DNA of 64,000 bases from Camelus dromedarius (GCF_036321535.1 NC_087454.1:19158001-19222000), one strand, 5' to 3'. Counted from the first letter of the stretch, positions 33,807-46,201 are shown. Numbers and translations are program-made. The notes: generated from the sequence alone by a model not told the origin.

Positions 33807-35329
33807 TTTAGTTTACAGAAATACATGTGTTCATTCAACAAATATATCATCTATAAAAAGATAATATAAATTAGTACATAAGAAAGAAAAAGAAAAATGG
33901 AGCCAGGATTGAGGTTAATATAAAAAGGCAATTAAAAGTATTCCCTCCCTATCTAAATCTATTTGGTTCCTGAATTTAGGGAAACAAAAAGTAGGAGTTT
34001 GGATAGGGAGAGATTCAACAGAAAACTTATCCAGATTCATTTGGTATGTAAGTTTGGACAAAAAAAAAAAAAAAATCTGACACTAAGAGATACATGTGGA
34101 CATTTTGGAAAAATTTTTTTTATTGTTCTTGAGACAAATTTTATATATATATACATATATATATTCATTGTAATAGATTCATATATAGAAAGGTAGAAAG
34201 AAAAAAGTAAAAATTCCAAAGGGATCCCACTCCACAGAAATATTTAGATTTTTTTTTTAATGGGCTTTACTATATATACATGCTGAGTTGTATCTTGCTT
34301 TTTTCAGTTTGAACCAAAAGCTTAGAGGGGAAACAAACACGTAGTCCAGGCACAATAAACATATTCAGATTTCAGTCTGGGAATCAGCATTCCTGCATTC
34401 CTTGGTTTAAATGGTGATCAGAGGATGACAGTAATGATGATTATCTTGTAATTGTGTGGCCCTTTATATATTGAGAGCTCTCGTACTATCTTGCTTGACC
34501 CCCACAGCAACTTGTAAGGATGAAGAGGGCAGTCTTTGCTGTACGTTTGAACACTTCTGGTAGTTGACTTTTCTGCCTGACTCCTGAAATCTAAATCAAA
34601 TCTGTTCACGTTTTAAGCCTTTCTCTGGCCTGTAACACCGACTGGATAAAGTCCCAGTTTCTTAGCAAAGCATAAAGGGACGCTCATATAACCACGCCTA
34701 CCTGGCAATCCTCATCTGGCCCTTACATCCCAGCAGTACAAAATTGCATTTCTTTCAGTGCACACAATACGACTTTGTAACTGCTTTCTTTACCTAAAAC
34801 AGCCATTTGTCTGTTTTCTGAGATACTTTTTCGCTCCCTGAGAAACATGCACATATTTTTATTTTAGCATAAATTGGCCTGTATTGTAATTTATGACCAT
34901 TTCTATGCCTTACTCTTACTCATCTCCACCCCAGAGCGAGTTTAGGCAATATATAACTAAATTCAGCTTCACAGATGAGATTTACATCTATGTTAATATC
35001 CCAATATCATATTTTTGTTAGCATTTTTGCCAATCCTCCTCACTAGACCGGGAGCAAAAACGCAGAATCTGAGTATTTTATGCACTTCCATCTTCAAGTT
35101 CTAGCGCAGTGACAGGAAAAAATCCAATCTGAAGGTGCATTAAGTGCCCCGCTCAAACACCTACAGGCACAGGGCGAGGACTAGAACTCAGAATCAGTGT
35201 TTCCAACTGCTTCGAGGTCCCGATTCTCTAATTCCCAGACGAAACAATAAGAGGGAAAGATAGGCCATGGTAGGTTCACTACTACTGTCCCTTAGTTTCT
35301 CCGCCCTTCCACACATCCAAGGGATGGAG

Positions 35330-35824
35330 TCTGGGAAAGTGGGCTCAGCTGCTGGATGTCTGAACCCAGTCCGCTGCGCCAAGCCCGTATCTACCCTTCC
35401 AGACCGCGGGTTCCTGCTCTGTTGCGCAAGTGCCCGCTGCCCCCGACTGCGCCTTCCCTGCTCCCACACCGCAGCGACGCCTCTTCCACCAAATTTGTGT
35501 CCCCTCTTTGCGGCGTCTGCGCGCTGTCACATTACAGCGGAACTAATCTGACGACCCTGCGCTTTGACGCGTGTAGTGCGGGGAAAGGAAAAGTGGGACC
35601 ACAGACTGCGTCATACCCGGAAGTGGAGAGCCGGAAGTGGGGTTGGACAGGTTATCCCCAGGGGTGGGGCAGCGGAGGCCCGGGAGGAGGGGGAAAAAAG
35701 AAGGTGGAGGATCCTGGCTACTAATCTGAACTGATACCGATTCTCTTAGACCTCAGAGACTCAGAAAAGAGAGAAGGGTGTCTCATCCCCCTTCCTCCCC
35801 TCCTCCCTCTCCTCAGCCTTAGCC
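35330..35824 (+). promoter_or_regulatory. PPP1R11 CpG-island promoter with tandem ETS sites
   Basis: CCGGAAGT at 35617-35624 and 35631-35638, TGCGTCA just upstream, CpG-rich. Confidence 0.8.
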
Positions 35825-35893
35825 ATGGCTGAGGCAGGGGCCGGGCTGAGTGAGACCGTCACTGAGACAACGGTTACCGTGACAACCGAGCCC
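35825..35893 (+). CDS. PPP1R11: PPP1R11 (inhibitor-3) exon 1
   Basis: gccATGG Kozak context, MAEAGAGLSETVTETTVTVTTEP, donor |gtgaga. The three exons total 381 nt (126 aa). Confidence 0.97.
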
Positions 35894-36997
35894 GTGAGAA
35901 AGGCGGGGGGAGGCGCTGTTTAGGGGTCGGGGAGATACCGGGAGGGAAGGGATAGGGCTTTGGAGAGTTGCTGGAGGGGCTGGGCCTGGGGATATGGGAG
36001 GAGTGGGATTGGGAGAATCGCAAGGTATTGGGGATTTTCGGTGTGTCAGAGTTGGTGCAGAAGGCTGGTCCAGCGACGTGTAATAGAGTTAGAATGTAGG
36101 TGATGCTGCTTGGAGTGGTGGTGTGTATAATTGACGGAAGAACAGGAACTTGGGGATTAAGGAGCCAGGAAGATGCTGGGGGAAAATGAAGGGCTGTGTA
36201 GCAAGAAAGCATGATTGGAGGCCAGCTATAGGGGAATTTGACTGGAAGCATATTTATCAATAAATATTTGTTAAAAGGATGAATGTAAAAGGAAGGAGAG
36301 GAAATGAGGGAACAAGAAAAGGGAAATGAAGATAGTCTTTTGAGAAATCAGAGGAGATATAAATAGAGGGAAATGTAGCATTTTTGCAAAAACAGGTTAA
36401 GTTGCTTTCAAAGGGAGAAGTTGTAGTACTGGGTTTAGTAACCCCCCTGATTAACGGAGTTTGGAGTAATAGTTACTAGAGCTGCCAGGATACCAGGGAA
36501 TAGTTGGATAAGAGGTGAGAAGGGCTGGGCTTGAGGATGAGAGAGATGAGAATGGAATTCTTTCTTTAATGGGAAAAAGAATAGGGAGGGTCTGGAAAAA
36601 AAGAAAAGGAGATCAAAGATTAGGCATTGGCGACTGAGAAAACAATGTCCATGTATTAATACCACCAAGAATGATTTGGGGAGGAAGACGGAGAAACAGC
36701 GAGGATTATATTTTCCTTTGAAGATTTGCTGGGACCTTTCCTAGGTTAGGAATTGTGTCTTCTCTGTATACTAGTGGTTTACCAAGAACAGGAAATAATA
36801 CTTCATGATTCCTCAAGGAAATCCCCGAGGTCAAAAGCCTATTCTGTTTTATCTTCTCTCAGCACTCAGCTCCTCTGGCACCATGTCTATGATCCTGATT
36901 GAGCTGGGGAAGGGAAAAGAGGAGACCCCTGGGAGGCAGTGGGAAAGGTTAGTAGGAGGGGACTAGATGGGTATGCCCATCCTTCTTAACCTTCCAG

Positions 36998-37106
36998 GAG
37001 AACCGGAGCCTAACCATCAAACTTCGGAAACGGAAGCCAGAGAAAAAAGTGGAATGGACGAGTGACACTGTGGACAACGAACACATGGGGCGCCGCTCAT
37101 CAAAAT
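36998..37106 (+). CDS. PPP1R11: PPP1R11 exon 2 with the PP1-docking KKVEW (RVxF-type) motif
   Basis: [36 protein letters not shown]. ttccag|...|gtgagt. Confidence 0.98.
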
Positions 37107-37534
37107 GTGAGTCATTGTTGGCCCCCAGTAACCCTGGAGTTCTGGCTCCCCTCTGCATATCTTCTGCTTCTCACAGCCACTGACCTTCCCAAAGCCCCCA
37201 GATGCTCATAATCCTGTTGCTGCCTTGGTGGTTCTCTGGCATCAGGGAGAGGAGGTTAAAGTTAGAGGGAAAGATGTAGGGAGGGGCTTGAATTGGGGTG
37301 TGCCAAGGCCTGAAGCCCAGAGGTATCGGAGGTGAAAGAAGTGGAGCTTGGGATTCCTGGCAGAAAAGGACAAAGGGGTTGGGTGTCTGAGTCCCAGGGC
37401 GTGGGCCTCGGGAAGCTGGATCCTGGAAGGTAGGAGAAAAGGCTGAAATTTTTACTGAGATCCAGTGGGAATGGAACTGACACTATATCTTAATTCTTCC
37501 TCCTTTTTAACTGGGCTCCTCCCTCCAAATCCAG

Positions 37535-37737
37535 GCTGCTGTATTTATGAGAAACCTCGGGCCTTTGGCGAGAGCTCCACGGAGAGTGATGAGGAGGAAG
37601 AGGAGGGCTGTGGTCATACACACTGTGTACGGGGCCACCGCAAGGGACGGCGTCGTGCAACCCCGGGACCAAGCCCCACCACCCCTCCCCAGCCTCCTGA
37701 CCCCTCCCAGCCCCCTCCAGGGCCAATGCAGCACTAA
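37535..37737 (+). CDS. PPP1R11: PPP1R11 exon 3
   Basis: [35 protein letters not shown]...PPPGPMQH*. Confidence 0.98.
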
Positions 37738-38760
37738 ATTCCTCTCTCCCCCACCATTCCTGTGTTTGTCTGGTCCTGAATGTATTCATGTGGCTACCTG
37801 GGGACTAAACCCAGGGTTTGATACCTTCTCAAGCCCCCTCCTCCCCTCTCCTCTGCCTGATAGAAGGAAGAGGAAGAGAAGGGTGAACAGAGATCCTGGA
37901 ATTCTGACTTGCTGCTATTCCAGAACCCAGACTTATGGGTTCCCCCAGCCCTCATTTCTCCTTGCAATACTCAGCATCCTCTCTCCAGGGATCCAGGCAT
38001 CTTGGTCCCAGTCTCTCCCCTTTGTTCTCACTGCCAAACTGCCTGTCCTGGGATCCCGTTATCTTGCCCCCTTGCACTCTCTACTTGAGTCCCAAACACT
38101 TCAGTTGGGTTTCCAGCAGCCCCAGCTTTCACTGCCAGGGTCCTAGTCAGATTCCAGGCAATCTTGCCCCAACTGTGCTTGTTAATCCTGGCTTAGCGCT
38201 CTTCCACTAATGTATTTATGTCACCCTAACTCGTAGTCCTTGCCTGTGGGATGTGAGGTCTTACAGGAGACCTCAAGTCTCCTAGCCCTTTCCCTCCTCT
38301 TCTGCCCACTCCTTCTGCCCTTAAGAGGAGTTAGGAGAGAGAGAGAGGTCTTTGTCATTCTCACCTTTAATGGGAAATGGAAAAAGAAATAGTCATGTCC
38401 TCTCTCCTCACCCTTCTCATGTGATCTAGGGTTTCTGACGGAGCTGGCTTCAGGACTGGTCACTTAGAGCCAACTATCTCCTTAGCATTTGGTCTTCCAG
38501 CTTAGGAGACAGATCCAACATGGTCCCAGGGGCCTGGGTCCCTGGGAAAGGAAGGAAAGGGGAAGGAGCGAAGAGATGGGGGTAGGTCGCCTCCACTGCA
38601 CTCTTACTCCTTCCTTCCTAGGCTTTGATGTCTCACCAGCCCAGATGTCCAGCTCTCTGGCCCTCCCCTCCCCTTACTGGGATCTGGATGTCATTTTCCA
38701 GGCTTCTTGCCATGCAGAATTGCAGAGATCAGTCAAATCCATACCACCACTGAGATCTCA

Positions 38761-38766
38761 TTTATT
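38761..38766 (-). terminator. RNF39 polyadenylation signal
   Basis: TTTATT on + (AATAAA on -), about 830 nt after the RNF39 stop. Confidence 0.7.
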
Positions 38767-38781
38767 GCCACAGATGCACAA

Positions 38782-38787
38782 AATAAA
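38782..38787 (+). terminator. PPP1R11 polyadenylation signal
   Basis: AATAAA about 1 kb after the PPP1R11 stop. Confidence 0.7.
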
Positions 38788-39597
38788 TAACCCAACATCA
38801 TAAAACGTGTTAAATACGGGCCCATTTATACATACGGGGAAAGATGTGAGGCTATATACAAGGGTGGATTTGGGGTGTCTGGGCCATTCCCAGGTTGAGG
38901 AAAGTAAGGGTAGCACCATTGGTTCCTTGTATGTGCAGGGGGGAGTTTTAAGAAGGTTCTTAATGGGGAAAGGCTGTAAGCAGGAAAAGTCGTCCAGGTG
39001 GAGTAGAACGGGCCTGCCCCCACCTCCCAAAAAAGGGAGTCATAAGCTTCCTAGAGGACCTTAAGGCTGGGGCCAGAGTCCAGCCTCTTGGTTTTGGGGA
39101 GGAGGCTCTTGCTTCTCTTGAGGACAGGGCAGGGAAGCCCAAGCCTCAGAGCTGTGGAGAGGGCACTGGGCCCTTTGCCAAGAGGAGAGGCAGCAGTGGG
39201 AGGTAAATATTTGACCCGCAGGGCCTGTGTGTATTAAACATGGACCATTTACCAGTACTAATGGGGCAGGCCTGTTCCCCAATTCAGGCCTGGGATAGAG
39301 TATGGTAGAAGGGGAGGGATCCGTTGGGAAGTACTAGGGTAGCCGTGGGCGAGAAGCCTCTCGAGAGGGAGGGGGCAGGAATGGATTTGACTTTGGGCAT
39401 GGATGTGGAAACTGGAGGCCAGTTGAGGTCCTAACTATTTGGGAGAAAAGAGACCATGTAGGTGGGCGGGGGGTGCTTATCAGTTCTGCCGCAGTGGGCA
39501 TGTGGACATGATCCCGGGAATGAGTAAGGATTTTTGTGTCCCAGAGGAACCAGCCTCGCTTCGGGCCAAACCGGCGTGGGGGGTGTGGGCGAGCGTC

Positions 39598-40178
39598 TCA
39601 GCCTTCCCCGGGCACGATGCGTAGCGGGGCGCGGGGGTCGCAGGTGCACAGCAGCGGGAAGACGCGCTCCCCCAGGGGGCCGGGCGCCTGGAAGGCGAAG
39701 AGCAAGTCGAGGGAGCGGCCGTCGTAGAAGGCCACGCGGCCCCGCTCCCAGTCCAAGTCCACGCGAATGCGCCGCGGCGGGGGCCCGGCGCCGCCCAGCG
39801 GGGTGGGCTCCGGGGCTGTGAGCGCCCACAGGCGGCCGCCGCGGCCCTCCACGGCCCACACGGCCCCCGCGGGGCACAGCCCTACTCGGCCCTTGCGTCG
39901 CACCGACTCGCCGGCGGCGCCCACGGCATAGCGGCTCTCCCCGTCGTCCTCGTCCTCCCCGGAAGAGTCTCCGCAGGAGGCGGCGTCGGCGGTCTCCACC
40001 TCCCAGCAGTGGCGGCCCGCCCCGAAGCCCTGCGCGCCCAGCACCGCCGGGAGCTGATCGAAGCGCGCCGGGCTGTCAGGAGGCGCAGGCGTCCCTGGCG
40101 GGGCCAGTCGGACACCGCGGCGGTCCGCGGAGACGAGCAGGCGCCGGTGTGCGGTGCTAGGGTCCAGGGTGAGGTCGG
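39598..40178 (-). CDS. RNF39: RNF39 exon 4, B30.2 (PRY/SPRY) domain
   Basis: ADLTLDPSTAHRRLLVSADRR...FDQLPAVLGAQGFGAGRHCWEVE...RIRVDLDWERGRVAFYD...FPLLCTCDPRAPLRIVPGEG*. Acceptor ctccag|CC. Confidence 0.97.
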
Positions 40179-41135
40179 CTGGAGAGGGGAAGGCAGGGGA
40201 AGACCGTGTGAGAGGCGGGACAGGATGGAGAGGACTCTGCGGAGGGCATGGAAGAAGCCTAGACAGCTCAAAAGGCGACTGTAGGACCAAAGACGGTGAA
40301 GGCACATGAAGAGCAGACCCAGGCAAGACCAAACCTGCGCTGATGGGCCACTTCCTTCTAATGAATTGGACTTGAAGAAGGACCCTACTGGCCCAGAGCA
40401 GGGAGCACAGAGCAGAGATCAAAGGGCAGGGGGAGGGGGGTTGCCTGGTTTGTAGGGATAGGGGAAGAGTGAGGCTGATCTGACTTCTGGGGAGGAGTGA
40501 GGACTGATACCTCAATCTGCAGCGTCTGGGATGGGGCATGAGAGCTGGGTCAACAGGATAGGGAAGGTGGATGTAAAGAGGAAGACTGATACCAGATACC
40601 AGCACCCCAAGTAATAGAGGGAAGGGCCAGAGTAAGGAATCCAAAGCATCTTGAGAAACCAGCCCACCACCCACAGGAATAGGTGGGAGTAGACAGGCCT
40701 ATTTCTATAGGGAGGGAGGAGCAAAGGAGGAGAGAGCAGGGGGTGACAGCCAAAGAACCAGAAAGAAATAACCATTGGCCTTGTCCGTAAGGGGTGCTTT
40801 GAAGAAAGATGTCTAGATTAGGGGTGCTAGAAGCAATCTGGGGTTAGTAGGATGGTGAGTGACCAAGAGGATGGAGCACCTTCTCTAGGCAGTTTAAAGA
40901 AGGGCAGAGGGCAATCTTGGGAGTGACTGAAGTCCCCAAAAGCTGCAGAGAAGGCCCAGAGCCCCAGGGGCAAGGAGATGCAGGAGTCCTGGGACGCTTC
41001 TGGAAAGGAGGATGAGAAGTGGTAGAAGCAGAGATTCCCCAGAAGCAGCCGCCCTCCAGGGGTCTGTTGTGTGACTGTATGAATAAAAAGGGAGAAAGTC
41101 TGGACTATGAAGTATTAAGGACCTTAAGACCTTTT

Positions 41136-41354
41136 TGTGGGCTGAATTGTGTTCTCTCTCCAAAATATGAAATCCTCCAATACCTCAGAATTTGACTATT
41201 TAGAAATAGAATCTTTACAGAGGTAATCAGGTTTAAATGAGGTCATTAGACACGTGAAGTGAAGGAGAAAACGCAGGGAAAATGCAATCTCCAGGCCAAG
41301 GAATGCCTCAGCCTACCAGAAGCTAGGAGAGGGTCCTGGAACAGACTCTCCCTC
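41136..41354 (+). mobile_element. MaLR LTR (MLT1A/C-like), truncated by assembly gap
   Basis: Starts TGTGGGCTGAATTGTG, contains aggtaatcaggtttaaatgaggtcatt and caaggaatgcc..ccagaagctagga. Confidence 0.8.
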
Positions 41355-41497
41355 NNNNNNNNNNNNNNNNNNNNNNNNNNNNNNNNNNNNNNNNNNNNNN
41401 NNNNNNNNNNNNNNNNNNNNNNNNNNNNNNNNNNNNNNNNNNNNNNNNNNNNNNNNNNNNNNNNNNNNNNNNNNNNNNNNNNNNNNNNNNNNNNNNN
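41355..41497. other. Assembly gap (143 N) in RNF39 intron 3
   Basis: N run. No RNF39 coding exon is missing across it. Confidence 0.99.
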
Positions 41498-41581
41498 GGA
41501 TGTGGTCATATTTGAGAGAGAAAAGAGAACAAACAAACAAACCAGACTTTCGTTCAGTTCCCTCCCTTCTGCCCTCCTTAC

Positions 41582-41673
41582 CCGTCAGTCTATGAAGCAT
41601 GTTTTTGACCACGGGATAATCTTCAGGGAGATCATCCTCTGAGTTAGATGACTTGGGCGTTGGGGCATCAAAT
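41582..41673 (-). CDS. RNF39: RNF39 exon 3
   Basis: FDAPTPKSSNSEDDLPEDYPVVKNMLHRLT. 92 nt, ctccag|...|gtaagg. Confidence 0.95.
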
Positions 41674-41885
41674 CTGGAGAGAGGAGGGAGAAGGGTCAGG
41701 AAATTGGTAGACACCTGCCCCCTGATGCCCCCACCCCTACCCTACTCATATCTCTGGAGCAGAAAAGGGTTAAGCTACACCCTGAAAACGTGTCTTTGAG
41801 TGGGGATGGAGATGTGGGACCTGGGAGAAGGTGATGGATGTGGCAGCTGGTAATAGAAAAGAAGAAACAGTAAAAATGGACTCAC

Positions 41886-41908
41886 CTTCTCCACGTCTTC
41901 CTATTATC
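41886..41908 (-). CDS. RNF39: RNF39 exon 2 (23 nt, DNRKTWRR)
   Basis: ctgcag|GATAATAGGAAGACGTGGAGAAG|gtgagt. This is the 23-nt linker exon typical of TRIM-family genes. Confidence 0.92.
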
Positions 41909-43616
41909 CTGCAGTGGAAAGAAGAAAACATGGAAGTGAGCTCTGGGCTTCAGACTGTGGGGAGCCCTCTCCCTCCACCCTCTCCTCAGGTAGCTGGGTC
42001 TGAGTTGGTGAGGTCCCTCCCCACCTCCGAGTGATCTCACCCTTTATCCCCTGCGGTCCCTTTTCCTTTCATTCTCCCCCTTTGCCTTTCCTGAGTCTGC
42101 CTTCCCTCCTTCACCACTTTCCCATCCATCTAACTCCACCCCCTATCATCCTCCTCTCCTTCCTAATACCCCAAATCCTCTCAGTTCCCCATCCCCCAGA
42201 GTCCTTACCTGTCTTTGCTTCCTGCCCTCCTCCCTTCTCTGTCCCTTCTCTGTGAATAGGATTGGAAACAATCCTTCCTGAGGGTGTATCCCAGATAAGC
42301 ATCCCCCTCCTTCTCAATCACACAGACCAAACACATACCCAGAGCCCCTGAGCTAAGAGTTCACATATAAAAGCCTTATAATAACGCTGCTTCACCTCTT
42401 GCCATAAAAGCCCAGTGGCGTTTATTGGTCCCTTTGTTCTGTATCTCTCTTCCCTGACCAAGGAGGCAGCTGGACTTTGATGTGTCCCAGAGGGCCCAAC
42501 AGATCTGCAGGGTACTATGGGAGCCAGGAGAGGGCGCTGGATACTCCCCCTCCAAATAACTAGGATTCCCTCTTTCCCCTTCCCTATCCATTGGGAATGG
42601 TAGGGGCAGACCAGTACGGTGGTGAAGAAGAGAGGAAAGGCAATTCGCCTAATTATGCCAATTACACCTAGACTAATTAGGTATATGTAGACTTCAAAGA
42701 GTGGAAGAAAGACCCAAGACCGGCTCTGCTGCTGGGGAGAAGCCAGTCGGGAATCCAGGACGCCTGGGGGTCGGGCAAGGGAATGGGGTTGGTTGGTGGC
42801 CAAGGAGTCAGGGCCCAGGAGGGACGCTGGGGGATGGGTGAGTGGGTGATAAGGGTGGATGTAGAGAGGAGCCGGAGGTCCCCACGGCTGTTCTCCCGTG
42901 CCTCGCCTCCACTCATCGCCGCCTCTGCCTGGGGCCCTGGGAGGAGCGGAGGACAATGATAACAAACACGGAGCAAGGCTTAGGCCAGAGCCCCAGGAAC
43001 CTACCCTACGACGCTACAGGAGAATTTGGATCTGCCTCCTCCTCCCTTCTCCCCTCCTTTTAACAGCCCCCTGCTTCTCTCCCCTCCACTCCAGCTTTTC
43101 CTCCGACCTCCTTCCTGCTCCTCCTTCCTTTGGCTAGTTCTGAACTCCCTTACCTCCCCAGCCCCCAGCTCGCTTCCGCCCCCGTCAGCTTCCTCCCTCC
43201 ACTGCCCCCACCCCCGTCCCATCCCCACAGCCTGCTCCCTCCCCTCCGCCAGGTCTCCTCCTCCTAGGTGCCTAGGGGCGTCCCTCATCAGCCTCCCAGT
43301 TCCCCCGTTCTTCGCAGAGCCTCAGGGGTCTCCTCAAGTTCTGTCTAGTGCCCCCAACGCCTTCTCTCCAGCCCCTCTAACGAGGCTCAGGCATCCGTCC
43401 AGCCGCCTTCCCTCTGGGCAAAGTGTCAACTTCGTCCCGTCGTTCTTCCTGACACCTCTCACTTGACAGCTGCTGGTCGTTTGCTTTTCTCCATCTTTTG
43501 CCTAAACTTCCAGAAGGGCCTCGGCTCGGGAAGTACCATTCCCCGCTTCCCCAGGGAGCCACGGATCACCCCGTACAGAGACAGCAGCGGACTCGCGAAG
43601 CGCACCCCTGCCTCAC

Positions 43617-43982
43617 CTCTCCGTGCGGGTCCAGGCAGCCCATGGTGGGGATGCGGCCCCCTCGGCGTTTCCCCGTGCGCGCCCCGGGCTCGGCCAGCTT
43701 CTCGCACAGCCCGCGGCTGATGCGCACCTCCACGGCCAGCCGCACGTTCGACCTCAGGCTGCGGCGGGGGCACGGCAGGCCGCAGCACGGGCAGGCGGTG
43801 GGGGACGCCTCGGGGCCGGTCGCCGGCGGGGTCCCCCAGCAGCGGGCCAGGCACGCGCGGCAGAAGCTGTGCTCACACGCCAGGAGCACTGGGTCCTCGA
43901 AGGGGCCCCCGCACAGCGGGCACGTCGCCAGCTGCTCCAGACGCTCCACCAGCCCCGGGCCCAGCAGCTCCGGCGCCTCCAT
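43617..43982 (-). CDS. RNF39: RNF39 exon 1, C3HC4 RING finger
   Basis: MEAPELLGPGLVERLEQLATCPLCGGPFEDPVLLACEHSFCRAC...CPCC. Donor GAG|gtgagg. Total CDS 1062 nt (353 aa). Confidence 0.97.
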
Positions 43983-44170
43983 GGGGAGCCAGCGTCTGGG
44001 CGCCGTCCCTTCCGCGACCGCCTTCGGGTATGCAGATGGCTGAGCGCCTGTGCCGCTGGTTGCGTCGATGCCCCTCTCTCCGACTCCCGCATTAACTTTC
44101 CGACACTCTTCTACCTTTCTGCTGGAATCGCCTCTCTCTTCAACCAGTCTGTCTCCGCCAATCTCCCCAC

Positions 44171-44186
44171 TACGTCAGGCTTTATA
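44171..44186 (-). promoter_or_regulatory. RNF39 TATA box with adjacent CRE-like half site
   Basis: The minus strand reads ccTATAAAgccTGACGTag, about 200 nt upstream of the ATG, in a CpG island (about 43350-44350). Confidence 0.65.
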
Positions 44187-44797
44187 GGGAGGAGGAGGCC
44201 CCTGCGGGAGGTAAACATCAGGCCTTGCGTAACACCCCATCTGGTTCTCCTGCTTCCCGGGTAAGGTTTGGGGGAGGAGGGTGGGAGGCAGGGACACCTA
44301 GGTCTCGAGCCGAGGAGGTGGTCGCTAGGGGGCGCTATGGGGGCAAGGGAGCAACGTGCGCAGTGGCAGCCCCTGTAACCCCCAGGAGAAGTCCGAATCT
44401 CACCTCCCCCTCCGCCTGTGGTGGACGGATGGGCAGAGTGCCCAGGCTCGCTTTTGGCATGTGTGCCCACATCGCCAGCGTATGAGTCATTCCAGGTGGC
44501 TGGCACACCTACATCTGGGGGCTTGGGGCCCCGGAAACACAGATCCTGATTTGTGTGGCTTTGGCAGGCCTCTGAGCGTTGGTGTGTGGCTGTCATTCCA
44601 GGCCTCTCTTCGTTCCATCTTCCTGCCTTACCTATTAAGGGCTTAAGGACACTGAAGCTTTGGGATAAGGGGTGGGGAGCAGGCGCCCACACTCCCTCCT
44701 CAAGGAGTCAGGGTAGGGCTCTCTCAGCTCTACCCTGGGCTGGTGCCCAGGGCCTCTCTTGTTACTTTCTTCCTATGTCTCTCTATCTAGTTGTTTC

Positions 44798-44828
<31 letters not shown>

Positions 44829-45704
44829 TTTCCTGTATATGTTTTGATTTCCACTCTTCTCTTTCTCTCCTTCTTTGGAATGTACCTAAAGGTTATCAAT
44901 TTTCACTCTTTTGGTCACCTGAGGCCCAGAGAGCTGGCATTGCCAAGGCCATGCAGCAGAGAAATGACCTGCAGTGGAACCATACTCAGATCTGAGTTCT
45001 GTCCTTGCTGTGACTCCACCCTGCCTCTTTTTAATTTCCAATCCCTGAAACTCCCTTCTGCTTTCTGATTGTTCTCAGATCTTTCCTCATTCCCTCTTTC
45101 CTCACCTCTCCTCTTCCCTCTTCTCAGCCCTTCCTCCCTGCTCCCTCCTCTTCCCAGTTCCTCCGCCTCTCTTATGCCAGGCCTTTCTGTCTGGACACCC
45201 CTGGGGGGTTGTGAATCAGTAAACATTCAGATTATCTACAACTATGATCACACACGTTATTGTACAAACATACATGTGCATCCCTCAATGTCCAAAAGCC
45301 CCAAAGTGTACAGACTTATAGGCATGCCGACATCACAGATGCCTGAATAGTCTCATATCTCTGGCACAGACACCCAGGATTATTTGGGGACAGATAGACA
45401 TACTCAAAGAAAAACATGCAAAGAGACACTGTCATTAGTTTTATTGTCAACGAGAACAACAACACAACAGCAGTAAGTCTTTATGGGGCAACAGCACGTT
45501 ATTAGGCACCCCCTGCAGGCATCGTTCTCCCCCTCTACAATCAGGGAGCCACTCAAATATGACACTCTGATAAACAAACTTTGCAAATAAATATGTCTAC
45601 ACTCTTCTTGGAGCAAACCTCCCAGCTCCACATTTATAAAACGCACAGCCACCCAAACAAGACTACAGATATGACCAAAATCTGTTTTGTAAAATGGACT
45701 TCCA

Positions 45705-46201
45705 TGTTATAGTTAANNNNNNNNNNNNNNNNNNNNNNNNNNNNNNNNNNNNNNNNNNNNNNNNNNNNNNNNNNNNNNNNNNNNNNNNNNNNNNNNNNNN
45801 NNNNNNNNNNNNNNNNNNNNNNNNNNNNNNNNNNNNNNNNNNNNNNNNGAGGTTATTCTAGATTATCCAAGGGTCCTGAAAAGTGGAGGACAGATGCAGA
45901 AGAGGACAACCAGAGAAAGAGAGAAACAATGAGAAGCCCTCAGCCTGACATTGCTGGCTTTGAAGACTGAGGAAGAGGGGCCATGAGCAAAGGAGGTGTC
46001 AGTCTCTAGAAGCTGGAGAAGACAAGGAGATGGATTCTAGATGGAACCTAGCTCCACCGACACCTTGATTTTACCCTTGTAAGACCCAGTTCAGACTTCT
46101 GAACTGCAGAACTGTAAGATAATAAATGTGTGTTATTTCAAACATTTCAAACAAAAGTTTGTGATAATCTGTTACAGCAGAAAATAAGAAACTAATATAC
46201 A
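45705..46201 (+). mobile_element. MaLR LTR (MLT1D-like), spans a gap
   Basis: gctggctttgaagac..tctagaagctggaga..gaactgtaagataataaatgtgtgtt..gttacagcag..aactaatataca end. Confidence 0.8.
45717..45848. other. Assembly gap (132 N)
   Basis: N run. Confidence 0.99.

Noticed and set aside
39598-40674. 358-aa single-exon reading of RNF39
   Set aside because: The 5' half is intron 3 read-through. The real acceptor is at 40178.
41246-41714. ORFs spanning the N run
   Set aside because: Artefacts of translating Ns as non-stop codons.
43459-44264. Several overlapping 110-213 aa ORFs around RNF39 exon 1
   Set aside because: Antisense or alternative-frame shadows of a GC-rich coding exon.
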